Shown here: piece by piece, positions 19,412 to 30,880 of the stretch | How the letters are laid out: each line of letters begins with the position of its first letter | Numbering within the stretch: position 1 is the stretch's first letter | Position numbers and translations under genes: made by a program | Assembly (NCBI GenBank): GCA_036399275.1 | Contig: DASWNK010000148.1 | Coordinates: 1,784-65,783 of the forward strand | From: Bacteroidia bacterium | Lineage (GTDB): Bacteria > Bacteroidota > Bacteroidia > 2-12-FULL-35-15 | DNA length: 64,000 nucleotides | Direction: 5' to 3' | Notes under the pieces: generated by a model | Databases searched by the model: none | What the model was told of the DNA's origin: nothing | Seen by the model: the letters and a program-made list of their open reading frames with translations, nothing else

Positions 19412-21451
19412 TTATTGTTTGATCAATTTTACTACTGAAGTATTTCCGTCAATTGTAACATTAACAAAATACATTCCTGTATTAAATTTCGACATATCAA
19501 CCGGCAGTAAAACTCCTCCGTTCAATTGTCCATAACTCTTGCTCGCAACAAGCGATCCGTCCACAGCATAAATTGCAACCTGAACATCAGAAGCTTTTGT
19601 AAGGTTTAAGGAAATTGTAGAGTTGTTTGATGAAGGGTTAGGATAAACACTAACCACAGCATCCGGAGCATTCAGCATATCATTTACACCTACGCCAGAA
19701 CCTGAAACATAACCATTGGTAACTGCCTGCGCAATTGTGGTGAAACCAGCATTATCAATTTTACCGGTTGGATCGATGAACATACCCACGATATGGATTT
19801 GTGAATCGTCATAAGCAGCAGGTAGCGTGAATGAAAAGTTATAAGTAAATACGGCACCCGATGCAGCTGTTGTACCAGTAGCGTTAGGAATCCCTGTAAA
19901 ATCAGGGCTAATGAAACGAGCTACGTGATCATAAGTCATCTGAGCAGCCGGTACCGGATTTGCCAATGATTCGAAACCACCCATAGGTCCTGAAGCACCA
20001 CCAGCATATGCATTGGATTGATTGTAAGCACTTGTAGTTCCAGTTACATCATCCTCTGTAATCACACAAGCCACTTTGTAGTTGCCGGAAATTGCAGTTT
20101 GAATGGTACTGGTAACTGAAACATTTAATACACGAGTAGTTGTATTGTATGTTGCACCGTTTACAACAAGTGCTTTCGGAGCAACCACCACTCTTGCTAA
20201 TATACCTGTTTCAAGTCCGCTAGGATCAATCTCAGGCTGTCTGTCAACCAATGCACTTGGATAACCACCAATCAATGTTCCAATAGCAGCATCATAATCA
20301 GTAACAGTCATTGGATCTCCATTATGAACTGCGATCGGAGCAAAGAAGCCTGCATATTTAGCAGTCATTGCGTCCATGTAAACAGCTCCTCTTGGACACC
20401 ACTGACACCATGTACCTGTTCCTTCTTCGGCCACTACCACTTTTCCGGCAGCAGGAGTAACAGGAGTAACTGTTACTGAAATTACGTCATCTGATGTATC
20501 GCCATCAGCACCCATGCCATTTACGTTGCTGATAGTAGCGGTAAATGTATTTGCACCTGATACCAATGTAAAAGGAGTTGTAATAGTTGTAACATTTGTT
20601 GCCAATGAAGCCAAAGACAAACCTGTAACACTCTGAACAACCGGAGTACCACCATTGTGAGTTATAGAAAGATCATATGACGTGATGGTCGTAGTTCCTA
20701 AATTCTTAACGGTTACAGCCGGATTTCGTGTCTGACCAACCAAACCATTTGAAACACCTACCAAATTTCCTGCAGCATTCACTGCCGGTAACGTGTATGG
20801 AACAACGTTATAAGAAACATCATCCAGCCAGAAGCTTGCAGCAGCATCAGCAGGATAATAATCAATACCCCATACCTGGTTGTTTGCATTTGACCATGTT
20901 CCCTGAGAAACACCGTCGATCTTTAATTCCCATAAATTGGTATTGAAGTTTGCAGTGATGGTTAATTCAAACCAAGCACCAAAAGGGTGAGTTCCGCTAG
21001 CAACAATAGTTCCGGCATTTTGAATGTTCACAGCTCCCGTGGAAGTCATGAAACAATCCAATACATACATATTTCCCATGGTTGATGTTCCCTGGAAATT
21101 AAAATAAGCCGTTTTAGAAGTTGGTACTTTAAACCAGCTGGTAAATGTAAACTGACCTGTTGATAAGGGTGCAGATGCGGTGAAAGGCAAAACCACATCC
21201 TGTGGCCCGCCAGCGGAACTGGTAGAAGAAAAATAGATGGATTTAGTTCCGCCTGTTGTATGATTATCTGTAATAACAACATTTGCATCGTCAGCACCTC
21301 CGCCGGCACCAGCCCATGTTCTCCAGTCTGGCGACTGAGGACCTAAAGCAATTCCTGAGGTATACGATTCAAAAGTGTCTGAAAATGTCTGAGCTTTCGA
21401 CATCGTCGCAGCAATCAAGCATCCTAATGTAAGTGTAGCAATTTTTTTCAT
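19412..21451 (-). CDS. T9SS-sorted surface protein with internal thioredoxin-fold-like CxxC module (Omp28-related type)
   Basis: 679 aa with a signal peptide. EEGTGTWCQWCPRG block encoded at about 20393-20410. C-terminal SVYPNPSS...MYFVNVTIDG...KLIKQ sorting domain. Confidence 0.72.
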   Translation of the reverse strand: MKKIATLTLGCLIAATMSKAQTFSDTFESYTSGIALGPQSPDWRTWAGAGGGADDANVVITDNHTTGGTKSIYFSSTSSAGGPQDVVLPFTASAPLSTGQFTFTSWFKVPTSKTAYFNFQGTSTMGNMYVLDCFMTSTGAVNIQNAGTIVASGTHPFGAWFELTITANFNTNLWELKIDGVSQGTWSNANNQVWGIDYYPADAAASFWLDDVSYNVVPYTLPAVNAAGNLVGVSNGLVGQTRNPAVTVKNLGTTTITSYDLSITHNGGTPVVQSVTGLSLASLATNVTTITTPFTLVSGANTFTATISNVNGMGADGDTSDDVISVTVTPVTPAAGKVVVAEEGTGTWCQWCPRGAVYMDAMTAKYAGFFAPIAVHNGDPMTVTDYDAAIGTLIGGYPSALVDRQPEIDPSGLETGILARVVVAPKALVVNGATYNTTTRVLNVSVTSTIQTAISGNYKVACVITEDDVTGTTSAYNQSNAYAGGASGPMGGFESLANPVPAAQMTYDHVARFISPDFTGIPNATGTTAASGAVFTYNFSFTLPAAYDDSQIHIVGMFIDPTGKIDNAGFTTIAQAVTNGYVSGSGVGVNDMLNAPDAVVSVYPNPSSNNSTISLNLTKASDVQVAIYAVDGSLVASKSYGQLNGGVLLPVDMSKFNTGMYFVNVTIDGNTSVVKLIKQ

Positions 21452-21604
21452 TTCAATTGGGTTAAATTAATAAAGCAACGTTTTTTATCTATCTAGCTAA
21501 GATACTACCTTAAAGCACGCGAAAAAAATAAAAAGCGCCATTTCTTAGCAATCGGTAAGGAAAAAACTAAGCGTTTTTTAACCGGCTAAATTCGAATGCT
21601 TTAT

Positions 21605-21612
21605 TATATTTG
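21605..21612 (+). promoter_or_regulatory. Bacteroidota -7 box (TATATTTG)
   Basis: Perfect TAnnTTTG match 34 nt upstream of the yifB ATG at 21646. Confidence 0.4.
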
Positions 21613-21645
21613 CCGCTACTCCGGAAACTTTATTTATCTTATTTT

Positions 21646-23184
21646 ATGCTGGTCAAAACATACGGCAGTGCCGTCTATGGTATTAATGCCACCACTGTGA
21701 CTGTGGAAACGAACATCAACCCCGGAGTGAATTTCCATTTAGTGGGACTACCGGACAGTGCAGTAAAAGAAAGTCAACAACGCATTGCAGCTGCATTAAA
21801 AAACAACGATTACCGGATACCGGGCAAGAGTATCGTTATCAACATGGCTCCTGCCGATATCAGAAAGGAGGGCTCTGCTTACGATCTTACAATTGCTGTT
21901 GGTATTCTGGCAGCATCTGAACAAATTCCTTCTGAAAAAGTTGGCGATTACATTATTATGGGAGAGCTGTCGCTTGATGGAGGACTACAGCCGATAAAAG
22001 GAGTATTACCGATTGCCATTCAAGCCAAAGAGGAAAACTTTAAAGGAATTATTTTACCGAAGCAAAATGCCGCAGAAGCTGCTATTGTGAGCGGATTGGA
22101 TGTATATGGCGTTGAAAACATTCTCGATGTAATTGGGTTCTTTAATGAAAAATTAGAACTGGAACTCACGCGCATTAATACCGAAGATGAATTATTTTCC
22201 AAACTAAATGATACAGAGGTTGACTTTTCTGATGTAAAAGGACAGGAAAACATCAAACGGGCGCTTGAAATTGCGGCGTCTGGAGGCCACAACGTTATCC
22301 TGATCGGTCCGCCTGGTGCAGGAAAAACAATGCTGGCCAAACGCCTGCCAACCATCCTGCCCCCTATGAATTTGCAGGAAGCATTAGAAACAACCAAGAT
22401 CCACAGCGTTGCCGGTAAAATGGGAAAAAATGTAGGGTTGGTTTCCATACGTCCTTTCCGATCGCCGCATCATACTATTTCGGATGTGGCATTGGTAGGC
22501 GGAGGCGGAGTTCCTCAGCCGGGAGAAATTTCTTTATCACACAATGGTGTTTTATTTCTAGATGAGCTTCCAGAATTCAAGCGAACAGTTTTGGAAGTAA
22601 TGCGGCAACCGCTGGAAGATCGTGTTGTTACTATTTCCAGAGCAAAATTTTCTGTCGAGTATCCTGCAAGCTTCATGCTCGTGGCATCTATGAATCCATG
22701 TCCTTGCGGCTATTATAACCATCCGGAAAAAGAATGTGTTTGTCCTCCGGGAACGGTGCAGAAATACCTGAATAAAATTTCAGGACCTTTGCTCGATCGA
22801 ATTGATATTCATGTGGAAGTGACGCCGGTTTCCTATAATGAATTAGCTGCAGAACGCAAGTCGGAAAGAAGTGAAAGTGTGAGGGTACGTGTAATAAAAG
22901 CACGGGAAGTGCAGGAAAAACGTTTTGCGAATAGCAATGGAGTGCATTGTAATGCACAAATCAGCTCCAAGCAATTGCGTGAAGTATGTAAGATTGACGA
23001 AGCAGGAAACCAACTATTAAAAACCGCCATGGAGCGATTGGGATTATCGGCCAGAGCTTATGACCGGATATTAAAAGTAGCCCGCACCATAGCTGATTTA
23101 GATAACAGTGAAAATATAGAAACCAATCATCTGGCAGAAGCCATACAATACCGGAGCCTCGACAGAGATGGATGGGCCGGATAA
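21646..23184 (+). CDS. yifB: YifB/ComM family Mg-chelatase-like AAA ATPase
   Basis: N-terminal Lon-protease-like domain, Walker [16 protein letters not shown], and a C-terminal ChlI-type domain. Start moved to the ATG at 21646 ([12 protein letters not shown]); the ORF-track start is TTG. Confidence 0.9.
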   Translation: MLVKTYGSAVYGINATTVTVETNINPGVNFHLVGLPDSAVKESQQRIAAALKNNDYRIPGKSIVINMAPADIRKEGSAYDLTIAVGILAASEQIPSEKVGDYIIMGELSLDGGLQPIKGVLPIAIQAKEENFKGIILPKQNAAEAAIVSGLDVYGVENILDVIGFFNEKLELELTRINTEDELFSKLNDTEVDFSDVKGQENIKRALEIAASGGHNVILIGPPGAGKTMLAKRLPTILPPMNLQEALETTKIHSVAGKMGKNVGLVSIRPFRSPHHTISDVALVGGGGVPQPGEISLSHNGVLFLDELPEFKRTVLEVMRQPLEDRVVTISRAKFSVEYPASFMLVASMNPCPCGYYNHPEKECVCPPGTVQKYLNKISGPLLDRIDIHVEVTPVSYNELAAERKSERSESVRVRVIKAREVQEKRFANSNGVHCNAQISSKQLREVCKIDEAGNQLLKTAMERLGLSARAYDRILKVARTIADLDNSENIETNHLAEAIQYRSLDRDGWAG

Positions 23185-23235
23185 AAAAAGAGGGACGCTG
23201 TCGGGTCCCTCTTTCGATTACATTGAATTGCTATC

Positions 23236-24174
23236 TTATTTTATATACACCTTCTTCGTGTATGTTTGCCCTTTTACTTCTATTCGGACAAAGTAAATTC
23301 CGGCAGGCTGACCTTCCATATTGATCATGTTGTTTTCGAATGAAGAAACAATCGATCTTCCTAAAACATCATATACTCCATTTAGTTTAACAAGATCGGA
23401 AGTTTTAATAATTATATTACTTTCAGAGGTATATACCTCCGGAGAAGCATATTCCATATCGGCAATTCCCACAGAGCCACTGGATAACGTAATATCATCC
23501 ACAGCAAAAGAAGGATCAGATCCGGCCGCGTCGTCATCGTTGGTCCAATTGAAACCAATTTTAACAAACGCATTGTTATTGGCGCTTGCTGGCAAAGCAA
23601 AACTATAGGCTGTCCACATTCCTTGAGGAGCGCAAGATCCGAGCGGCGTTTTTGCCATATTATTCAACAATGTCCAGGTAGTTCCGCCATCAGCAGAATA
23701 CGAAAGACTTGCATCATCCAAGGTAGTTGCACCATTTTCAAAATAAGCACAAGAAATGGTAATGGATGATTGACCGGTGCAATTAATAACAGGAGATTCG
23801 GCTCTTCTGTTTGTTATCACACAATAACCAATACCGCAAATACCTCCCGCATTGTAGGATGCACCTGCATCGGCAGTCACAAAACCCGGAATCGCAATGC
23901 TGCCAACATGTAAAGTTGCATTATCGGTTCCACCGCATACTGTACCGCAATTTCCAAGACCTGTTCCTTTCTCGGTACCACTCACATAAAACGTATTTGC
24001 ATACGAGTCATTCGCACCTGTGGGCCCAATAAACCATGCACCGTTTGTTCCTGTATAAGCGCTGGCCAATGTGCCCTGATTACAACCGGTTCCAAAGTTT
24101 TCAGTCCAGAAAACCTGAGAATTTGCAATCAGCGCGGAGAAGATTAAGCCAATGATTAAGTAGATTTTTTTCAT
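23236..24174 (-). CDS. T9SS (type A CTD) secreted protein, function unknown
   Basis: Signal peptide from the ATG at 24174 (MKKIYLIIGLIFSALIANSQ). Cys/Gly-rich body. C-terminal GIYFVRIEVKGQTYTKKVYIK sorting domain. Confidence 0.72.
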   Translation of the reverse strand: MKKIYLIIGLIFSALIANSQVFWTENFGTGCNQGTLASAYTGTNGAWFIGPTGANDSYANTFYVSGTEKGTGLGNCGTVCGGTDNATLHVGSIAIPGFVTADAGASYNAGGICGIGYCVITNRRAESPVINCTGQSSITISCAYFENGATTLDDASLSYSADGGTTWTLLNNMAKTPLGSCAPQGMWTAYSFALPASANNNAFVKIGFNWTNDDDAAGSDPSFAVDDITLSSGSVGIADMEYASPEVYTSESNIIIKTSDLVKLNGVYDVLGRSIVSSFENNMINMEGQPAGIYFVRIEVKGQTYTKKVYIK

Positions 24175-24377
24175 TTGTTTTTGTTTTAGTTTATTCAAAG
24201 TTAAAAAATTAGCGGTATAATCGATATTTTGGCTGTTAGGAACGAACATTTTCCAGGCAGTCTTGTTTTACTTATATGTCATTTTGATTTAGAAGAGATG
24301 GCATACTATTTTGGCATAAATAATTTAGATCAATCCATATCGGAGCACCTTTCGTAGATACAATTAAATCTGAAACC

Positions 24378-24866
24378 ATGAAAAACGTGATCCTATTATT
24401 ATTTGCGTACAGTCTTACTGCCTGTAATGGAACTAGTCAAACAGCAACACAAAAACCCCTGAGTACTATGAACGACACAAACAAAGTTGTAAAAACGGAA
24501 GAGGAATGGAAGAAATCATTGAGTGCTGAACAATACAATATCCTACGGGAAAAAGGGACAGAAATGCCCTATTCAGGGAAATACTATTTACATACTGAGA
24601 AAGGAATGTATGTATGTGCCGGCTGTGGATCCGAATTATTTAAATCAGACACAAAGTTTGATGCAGGTTGCGGATGGCCAAGCTTTTCTGATGTGGTAGA
24701 TTCAAGCAAAGTGGTTTATACAAAAGATAAGACTCACGGAATGATAAGAACTGAGATTACCTGTGCAAAATGTGGTGGCCACCTTGGACATGTTTTTGAT
24801 GATGGTCCGGCCCCTACCGGCTTGCGATACTGCATCAACTCCGTTTCCATAGAATTTAAAAAATAA
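24378..24866 (+). CDS. msrB: Peptide-methionine (R)-S-oxide reductase MsrB, apparently with lipoprotein signal peptide
   Basis: SelR motifs: two CxxC zinc pairs ([20 protein letters not shown]), CGWPSF and RYCINS. The N-terminus [11 protein letters not shown] looks like a lipobox. The internal Met31 (24468) would instead give a cytoplasmic-length enzyme. Confidence 0.88.
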   Translation: MKNVILLLFAYSLTACNGTSQTATQKPLSTMNDTNKVVKTEEEWKKSLSAEQYNILREKGTEMPYSGKYYLHTEKGMYVCAGCGSELFKSDTKFDAGCGWPSFSDVVDSSKVVYTKDKTHGMIRTEITCAKCGGHLGHVFDDGPAPTGLRYCINSVSIEFKK

Positions 24867-24985
24867 CCAAATTATCATTAGCAATAATTTTCGGTACGGT
24901 TCATGTCTAAAAAGGGTGTAAAAACCCTTTTTTTGGGCATTGTTAAAAAAACCTATACATTATATGTACATACATATATTTTTTG

Positions 24986-24993
24986 TATCTTTG
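24986..24993 (+). promoter_or_regulatory. Bacteroidota -7 box (TATCTTTG)
   Basis: Perfect TAnnTTTG match 28 nt upstream of the yceI ATG at 25021. Confidence 0.4.
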
Positions 24994-25020
24994 CATCATT
25001 CAAACTAAAAAAACAAATCT

Positions 25021-25629
25021 ATGATCAGAAAAACCACTATGAGCTTTATTGCAGCAGCTGCAGTAACAGCAATGGCATTTACTACGCCGAATGCAAAAAA
25101 AGAAACAACATATGCAGTGGATACCAAAGCCACCACAGCAACATGGTTAGCTAAAAAAGTAACCGGCCAGCATACAGGCGGACTATCTGTTTCCAAAGGT
25201 TCCATTACAGCAGAAGGAAATACAATTAAAGGTGGCACATTCGAATTTGACATGAACTCCATTACATGTACCGATCTTGCCGATAAGACATACAATGATA
25301 AATTAATCGGACATTTAAAATCAGACGATTTTTTTTCGGTGGCGAAACATTCTACTGCGAAATTTGAGCTTACTAAAGCGACGTTGAAATCAGGAAATGA
25401 TTATGAAGTTACCGGTAAATTAACGATCAAAGGAATTACCAATGATGTTACTTTTCCTGCCATGATCAAAATGGATGCAAAAACTTTTGTGACTGTTGCG
25501 AAAATTACTGTAAACCGTACAAAATATGATATTAAATACGGCTCAGCGAGTTTCTTTGAAGGCATTGGCGACAAAGCGATCAATGATGATTTCGACCTAA
25601 ATGTAAATGTGGTAGCTGCGGCAAAATAA
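25021..25629 (+). CDS. yceI: YceI-family periplasmic polyisoprenoid-binding protein
   Basis: 202 aa with a signal peptide and a YceI-like beta-barrel pattern (WLAKKVTGQHTG, LTIKGITNDVTFP). Confidence 0.82.
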   Translation: MIRKTTMSFIAAAAVTAMAFTTPNAKKETTYAVDTKATTATWLAKKVTGQHTGGLSVSKGSITAEGNTIKGGTFEFDMNSITCTDLADKTYNDKLIGHLKSDDFFSVAKHSTAKFELTKATLKSGNDYEVTGKLTIKGITNDVTFPAMIKMDAKTFVTVAKITVNRTKYDIKYGSASFFEGIGDKAINDDFDLNVNVVAAAK

Positions 25630-25699
25630 TCAACAGCCTTAAAATAAGGGCTCCCACGCTGCATCATGCAACATGGGAGTTTTTATTTTATGATATTAC

Positions 25700-26197
25700 T
25701 TAAGAGAACTGGCAAAGAATTCCTCCCATTAGTGCCAGACATACTGTCCAGTAGCCAACGTTCAGCAAAATATATTTAGCTCCTTTTCCTTCGAACATCG
25801 CGTTAGTTCCTAAAACAGGAAGTACGATGGTGATACCCGCGATCACACCATGCAATGCTCCGTGTTTGAATGTGCGAAAATTAGTCCCATATTTTTCCAT
25901 GAAGTCCTTCACCATCATTCCTACTTCTGAATTCGGATCAGCTATTCCCGGCTCATTCGCTAAAACAGAAAAAATGCTCCATTGGTGGATCACCATGAAT
26001 TGAATTGCGAAAGCCAAAAAAAAGCTGAATAAAAAAGAAAGCCCAAAAATAAGCGGCATGTTGGCGCTTTTATTCTCAGCAGGAACACCTGCAGCTTTCA
26101 TCCAGGCAGTTCCGAAAACTTTTGGATTATACCATATAAAGCCCATCACCAAAGGTACAAGAGCTGTTAATAAAATGATAAGAAAATTTGGTTGCAT
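25700..26197 (-). CDS. DUF1761-family membrane protein
   Basis: Four TM helices and an N-terminal FIWYNPKVFGTAWM block typical of DUF1761. ATG at 26197 preferred over the TTG at 26224. Confidence 0.65.
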   Translation of the reverse strand: MQPNFLIILLTALVPLVMGFIWYNPKVFGTAWMKAAGVPAENKSANMPLIFGLSFLFSFFLAFAIQFMVIHQWSIFSVLANEPGIADPNSEVGMMVKDFMEKYGTNFRTFKHGALHGVIAGITIVLPVLGTNAMFEGKGAKYILLNVGYWTVCLALMGGILCQFS

Positions 26198-26347
26198 AGT
26201 TTTTATTTTTATTGGTTCAGTCAAAAATAGCTTATTTGTTTCCGTTTTCTAAACGCAAACAGGGAACTTATGAAAACAAAGATGTTTATAAAACAAAAAG
26301 CCCTCCTTCTATTACAGAGCAGGGCTTTTTAACAATTGTATTTTCTT

Positions 26348-29300
26348 TTATTGTCCGTGACAGTTCTTATATTTTTTACCGCTTCCACAAGGACAAGCAT
26401 CATTTCTTCCGATTTTCTGCTCTACCCGCACCGGTTGTGCTTTCACTTTCGGTTGCTCTTCGGCGCCATTATTATTGCTTCCCACTTCCGCTCTGCTTGT
26501 TTGCGTTTGTTGCTGACGTTGCGGCGCCTGAACTCTGGCTTGCTGAACAGCATTTTGCGCTTCATTCGGTAAATTTGCACGCATCAGGAAGGACACAATT
26601 TCCTTGTTCACTGCGGTGATCATCCGCTTGAATAATTCGAAGGATTCGAACTTGTAAATCAGCAAAGGATCCTTCTGCTCATACACGGCGTTCTGAACCG
26701 ATTGTTTCAGATCGTCCATTTCACGCAAATGTTCTTTCCATGCATCATCGATCATTGTAAGCGCCGTTCCTTTTTCCAATCCCAATACCAGCTCACTTCC
26801 TTTTGTTTCGTAAGCCTTCTTCAGATTCACTACCACTTGCAATGTTTTTAAACCATCCGACAAAGGAGTAACAATGTTCTCAAATGATGCCGATTGGTTC
26901 TCGTAAACATCCTTAATAATAGGGAAGGATTTTGTTTTGATGAAATCATTCTTCGCGATGTAATGTGCTTCCGCAGCATGATATAGTCGTTCTACCACTT
27001 CCTGGTGTTTCAGATCAATGAAGTCGGTTTCGCCAACCGGAGGCTCAATTGATAACACACGCAATACTTCTATATTGAATCCTTCGAAATCCTTCATTTC
27101 ATGATATTCCGTCACGATGGATTCGCAGGTATCATATATGGAATTTGCAATGTCTATTGCAAGACGCTCGCCGAATAAAGCATGGCGTCTTTTCTTATAA
27201 ATAACTTCACGTTGAGAATTCATCACGTCGTCATATTCGATCAAACGCTTACGTGTTCCGAAGTTATTCTCTTCTACTTTTTTCTGTGCACGCTCAATTG
27301 ATTTGGTGATCATGGAATGCTGAATCACTTCACCTTCCTGTAATCCCATTCTATCCATCAATTTGGCGATACGCTCTGACCCGAATAAACGCATCAGATC
27401 ATCTTCCAGGGAAGCAAAAAATTGTGATGATCCAGGATCTCCCTGACGACCGGCACGACCGCGCAACTGACGATCCACACGACGCGACTCATGGCGCTCT
27501 GTACCGATGATCGCTAAACCGCCCGCTTCTTTTACACCAACACCTAACTTAATATCCGTTCCACGACCCGCCATATTCGTAGCGATGGTAACTGTACCTG
27601 CCTGTCCGGCTTCCTGTACAATTTCCGCTTCACGCTGGTGCATCTTCGCGTTCAATACGTTGTGCTTGATGCCACGCAATTTTAACATCCTGCTTAATAA
27701 TTCAGAGATCTCCACTGATGTAGTACCCACTAATACTGGTCTTCCATCTGCCACACATTTCCCTACCTCTTCAATTACCGCATTGTATTTTTCACGTTTT
27801 GTTTTGTAAACAAGATCTTCATGGTCTTTACGCTGAATCGGGCGATTGGTTGGAATCACCACAACATCCAATTTATAGATGTCCCAGAATTCTCCCGCTT
27901 CTGTTTCTGCAGTACCAGTCATACCTGATAGTTTGCTGTACATACGGAAATAATTCTGCAGAGTAACCGTCGCATACGTTTGTGTTGCAGCTTCCACCTT
28001 CACATTTTCCTTGGCTTCAATCGCCTGGTGCAATCCGTCAGAATAACGACGGCCTTCCATGATACGACCTGTTTGCTCATCCACAATTTTAATCTTGCCA
28101 TCCATGATGACATATTCAACATCTATTTCGAAGAGCGTGTAGGCTTTCAATAACTGATTGATGGTATGTACACGCTCCGATTTGATAGAGTAATCACGGA
28201 TCAGCTCTTCTTTGCGTTTCAATTTTTCCTCTGCAGGCAATCCCGCTTTTTCCAGTGCGGCTATTTCGCCTCCAACATCCGGCAAAACGAAAAATTTCGC
28301 GTCTTCAGAAGAAGTGGAGATCAGCTCCAAACCTTTTTCGGTAAGCTCAATGGAATTATTTTTTTCATCAATCACGAAGAACAATTCTGCATCGATTTTA
28401 TGCATTTCACGCGACTGATCTTGCAAATAAAGGTTCTCGGTTTTTTGAAGCGCTTGTCTCATACCTGGTTCACTCAGGAATTTGATCAAGGCTTTGTTTT
28501 TCGGCAATCCTCTGTATGCCCGCAATAACGCTACGCCGCCTTCTTTTTCTTTTCCTTCCGCCAATAATTTTTTGGCATCGGTCAAGGCTGTATTGATGTA
28601 TGTTTTTTGCGCATTTACAATTTTCTCGATGCGGGGCTTCAACGGAGCGAACTCCTGATTATCGCCTCTCGGTGTTGGGCCGGAAATGATCAAAGGTGTA
28701 CGGGCATCATCGATCAATACACTATCCACCTCATCCACGATTGCATAATGATGCTTTCGCTGAACAAGATCTTCCGGGGCACGTGCCATATTATCACGCA
28801 AATAATCGAAACCAAATTCATTGTTGGTACCGAAGGTTATGTCGGCCAGGTATGCTTTACGGCGATCTTCTGAATTAGGATCGTGCTTATCAATACAATC
28901 AACGGTAAGACCATGGAATTCAAACAAAGGCCCGTTCCATTCCGAGTCACGTTTTGCCAGATAGTTGTTCACCGTTACAACGTGGACACCCAATCCGGTT
29001 AAAGCATTCAGATACACCGGCAATGTTCCAACCAATGTTTTACCTTCTCCTGTTCCCATCTCGGAAATTTTCCCCTGATGCAAAACAATACCACCGATCA
29101 ACTGCACATCGTAATGTACCATGTCCCATTTAACCGTATTTCCAGCAGCGATCCAGGTATTGGCCCATAATGCTTTCTCACCTTTAATTTGCACGGAGTC
29201 GCGCTTTGCAGCGAAATCCTTGTCAAGCGATGTTGCGGTTACTTCCAAACTTTCATTGTCTTTGAATCGTTTTGCTGTTTCTTTTACAACCGCGAATGCT

Positions 29301-29641
29301 TCAGGAAGAATCTCATCTAAGATCTCTTTGTTATTGGTAACAATGATTTTTTCGAGCTCATCAATTTCCTCGTATAATTTTTCTTTTGATTCCACATCCA
29401 TTTCCGGATCGGCATCAATTTTTTTACGGATATCGTTTATCTGAGTCTGCTCTTTAGCGGAGCGATCGGCAATTCTTTTTTTGAATTCCGTTGTTTTACC
29501 TCTAAGCTGATCATTGCTTAAGGAAGAAAGCTTAGCGTATTCGGCCAATATTTCATCAACGATCGGATGGATTTCTTTCAGGTCCCTGTCGGATTTAGTT
29601 CCGAACAGTTTGGAAATGCTTTTGGTGATTATATTTAACAT
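26348..29641 (-). CDS. secA: Preprotein translocase ATPase SecA
   Basis: 1097 aa with DEAD-like motor motifs ([26 protein letters not shown]) and a C-terminal zinc finger [14 protein letters not shown]. Confidence 0.97.
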   Translation of the reverse strand: MLNIITKSISKLFGTKSDRDLKEIHPIVDEILAEYAKLSSLSNDQLRGKTTEFKKRIADRSAKEQTQINDIRKKIDADPEMDVESKEKLYEEIDELEKIIVTNNKEILDEILPEAFAVVKETAKRFKDNESLEVTATSLDKDFAAKRDSVQIKGEKALWANTWIAAGNTVKWDMVHYDVQLIGGIVLHQGKISEMGTGEGKTLVGTLPVYLNALTGLGVHVVTVNNYLAKRDSEWNGPLFEFHGLTVDCIDKHDPNSEDRRKAYLADITFGTNNEFGFDYLRDNMARAPEDLVQRKHHYAIVDEVDSVLIDDARTPLIISGPTPRGDNQEFAPLKPRIEKIVNAQKTYINTALTDAKKLLAEGKEKEGGVALLRAYRGLPKNKALIKFLSEPGMRQALQKTENLYLQDQSREMHKIDAELFFVIDEKNNSIELTEKGLELISTSSEDAKFFVLPDVGGEIAALEKAGLPAEEKLKRKEELIRDYSIKSERVHTINQLLKAYTLFEIDVEYVIMDGKIKIVDEQTGRIMEGRRYSDGLHQAIEAKENVKVEAATQTYATVTLQNYFRMYSKLSGMTGTAETEAGEFWDIYKLDVVVIPTNRPIQRKDHEDLVYKTKREKYNAVIEEVGKCVADGRPVLVGTTSVEISELLSRMLKLRGIKHNVLNAKMHQREAEIVQEAGQAGTVTIATNMAGRGTDIKLGVGVKEAGGLAIIGTERHESRRVDRQLRGRAGRQGDPGSSQFFASLEDDLMRLFGSERIAKLMDRMGLQEGEVIQHSMITKSIERAQKKVEENNFGTRKRLIEYDDVMNSQREVIYKKRRHALFGERLAIDIANSIYDTCESIVTEYHEMKDFEGFNIEVLRVLSIEPPVGETDFIDLKHQEVVERLYHAAEAHYIAKNDFIKTKSFPIIKDVYENQSASFENIVTPLSDGLKTLQVVVNLKKAYETKGSELVLGLEKGTALTMIDDAWKEHLREMDDLKQSVQNAVYEQKDPLLIYKFESFELFKRMITAVNKEIVSFLMRANLPNEAQNAVQQARVQAPQRQQQTQTSRAEVGSNNNGAEEQPKVKAQPVRVEQKIGRNDACPCGSGKKYKNCHGQ

Positions 29642-29689
29642 GAACTGCTTGTTTTAAATTTTAGCCCGGCAATTAAATTATCGGGGATG

Positions 29690-29697
29690 CAAAAATA
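29690..29697 (-). promoter_or_regulatory. Bacteroidota -7 box upstream of secA (TATTTTTG on the minus strand)
   Basis: Plus-strand CAAAAATA is TAttTTTG on the minus strand. It lies about 49 nt upstream of the secA ATG. Confidence 0.35.
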
Positions 29698-29964
29698 GCT
29701 ATTTTTTAGGTAATTCAGGCAAATTTATTATCCAATTGACAGCCCGAAAACAAAGAGAATAAGGCAGAAAAGCAGAATAATAAAATCCTGCCGAGATTGT
29801 CAAACGCTGTTCCCTTTATTTAAACCTGACAAATTAACAGTGAGGGCTGCTATAAACCTTCATTCATTAACCGTTTAGCTGCAGCATGACAGGACCAGCA
29901 CGGCATTTTTTTTTGCATTATCAAAAATTTAGTTTACATTTAATCTACTAAAACCAAAAACAAT

Positions 29965-30411
29965 ATGAAAAAGATAGCACTATTCTCCGCCTTTGGATTT
30001 TTTGCAATTTCTGCGTATGCACAGGAAATAAAATCAACAGAGGTTCCGCCTGCTATTCAGGCATCATTTACAAAGCTTCATCCCAATGCAAAAGTTGATA
30101 AATGGGAAAAAGAAGGAACTCACTATGAAGCAGAATTCATGGACAATAAAGTGGAAACATCGGTTGAGTTTGGCCCCAATGGTCAGTTGATGGCTACCGA
30201 AGTGGCAATCAATGTTTCCGATCTTCCTAAGGCAGCCAGCGATTATTGCACGAAGAACATAGCGGGCAAGAAGATCAGCGAAGCAGCAAAAATCACTGAA
30301 GCAAACGGTAAAGTAAGCTATGAAGCGGAAGTAGATGGAACGGATTATTTCTTTGACACAAATGGAAACTTTGTAAGCAAAGAAACTGAGAAGCACGGCG
30401 ACAAGAAATAA
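29965..30411 (+). CDS. PepSY-like (BLIP-like, DUF2874-type) periplasmic protein
   Basis: 148 aa with a signal peptide and two repeats of the pattern hPxAhxxxhxxxxPxAKh...YEAEh...F.xNGxh. Confidence 0.62.
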   Translation: MKKIALFSAFGFFAISAYAQEIKSTEVPPAIQASFTKLHPNAKVDKWEKEGTHYEAEFMDNKVETSVEFGPNGQLMATEVAINVSDLPKAASDYCTKNIAGKKISEAAKITEANGKVSYEAEVDGTDYFFDTNGNFVSKETEKHGDKK

Positions 30412-30430
30412 TGACTTGCAGCTATAAAAC

Positions 30431-30467
30431 AAAAAAGCCCTGTGCGCATTGCACAGGGCTTTTTTTT
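30431..30467. terminator. Bidirectional terminator
   Basis: AGCCCTGTGC / GCACAGGGCT stem flanked by A6 and T8, between convergent genes. Confidence 0.85.
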
Positions 30468-30477
30468 ATGGGGTATT

Positions 30478-30699
30478 TTAATATTCGTCTTCGTTAAAAA
30501 AGAAATCTTCTTTTGTAGGGTAATCTGGCCAGATCTCTTCAATTGATTCATAAATCTCCCCTTCGTCTTCAATTTCCTGAAGATTTTCAATCACTTCCAT
30601 CGGTGCTCCGGAACGGATTGCAAAGTCAATTAATTCATCTTTAGATGCCGGCCAAGGTGCATCTTCCAGGTTTTTTGCTAATTCGAGTGTCCAGTACAT
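30478..30699 (-). CDS. DUF2795-family small protein
   Basis: 73-aa acidic protein. The block WPASKDELIDFAIRSGAPMEVIENL matches the DUF2795 pattern. Confidence 0.6.
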   Translation of the reverse strand: MYWTLELAKNLEDAPWPASKDELIDFAIRSGAPMEVIENLQEIEDEGEIYESIEEIWPDYPTKEDFFFNEDEY

Positions 30700-30880
30700 A
30701 GTGCGCTTTTTGATTTAGAACGCAAAAACCAATTAGTTGTTACGTTATAAAATATTTTTTTGTAATCTATTTTCTGCAAAAGTAAAAATTAATTCCAATA
30801 TCAAAGAACGAAAGTGTACTTTTTAATAAAATAGCCATTAATAAAGAAAATCCGGGCGACAGTCAAATCAAAAAAATGCA

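Noticed and set aside
26212-26619. 135-aa and 78-aa plus-strand ORFs at the 3' end of secA
   Set aside because: They overlap the secA C-terminus and the intergenic terminator on the opposite strand, and they have a low-complexity composition. secA is unambiguous.
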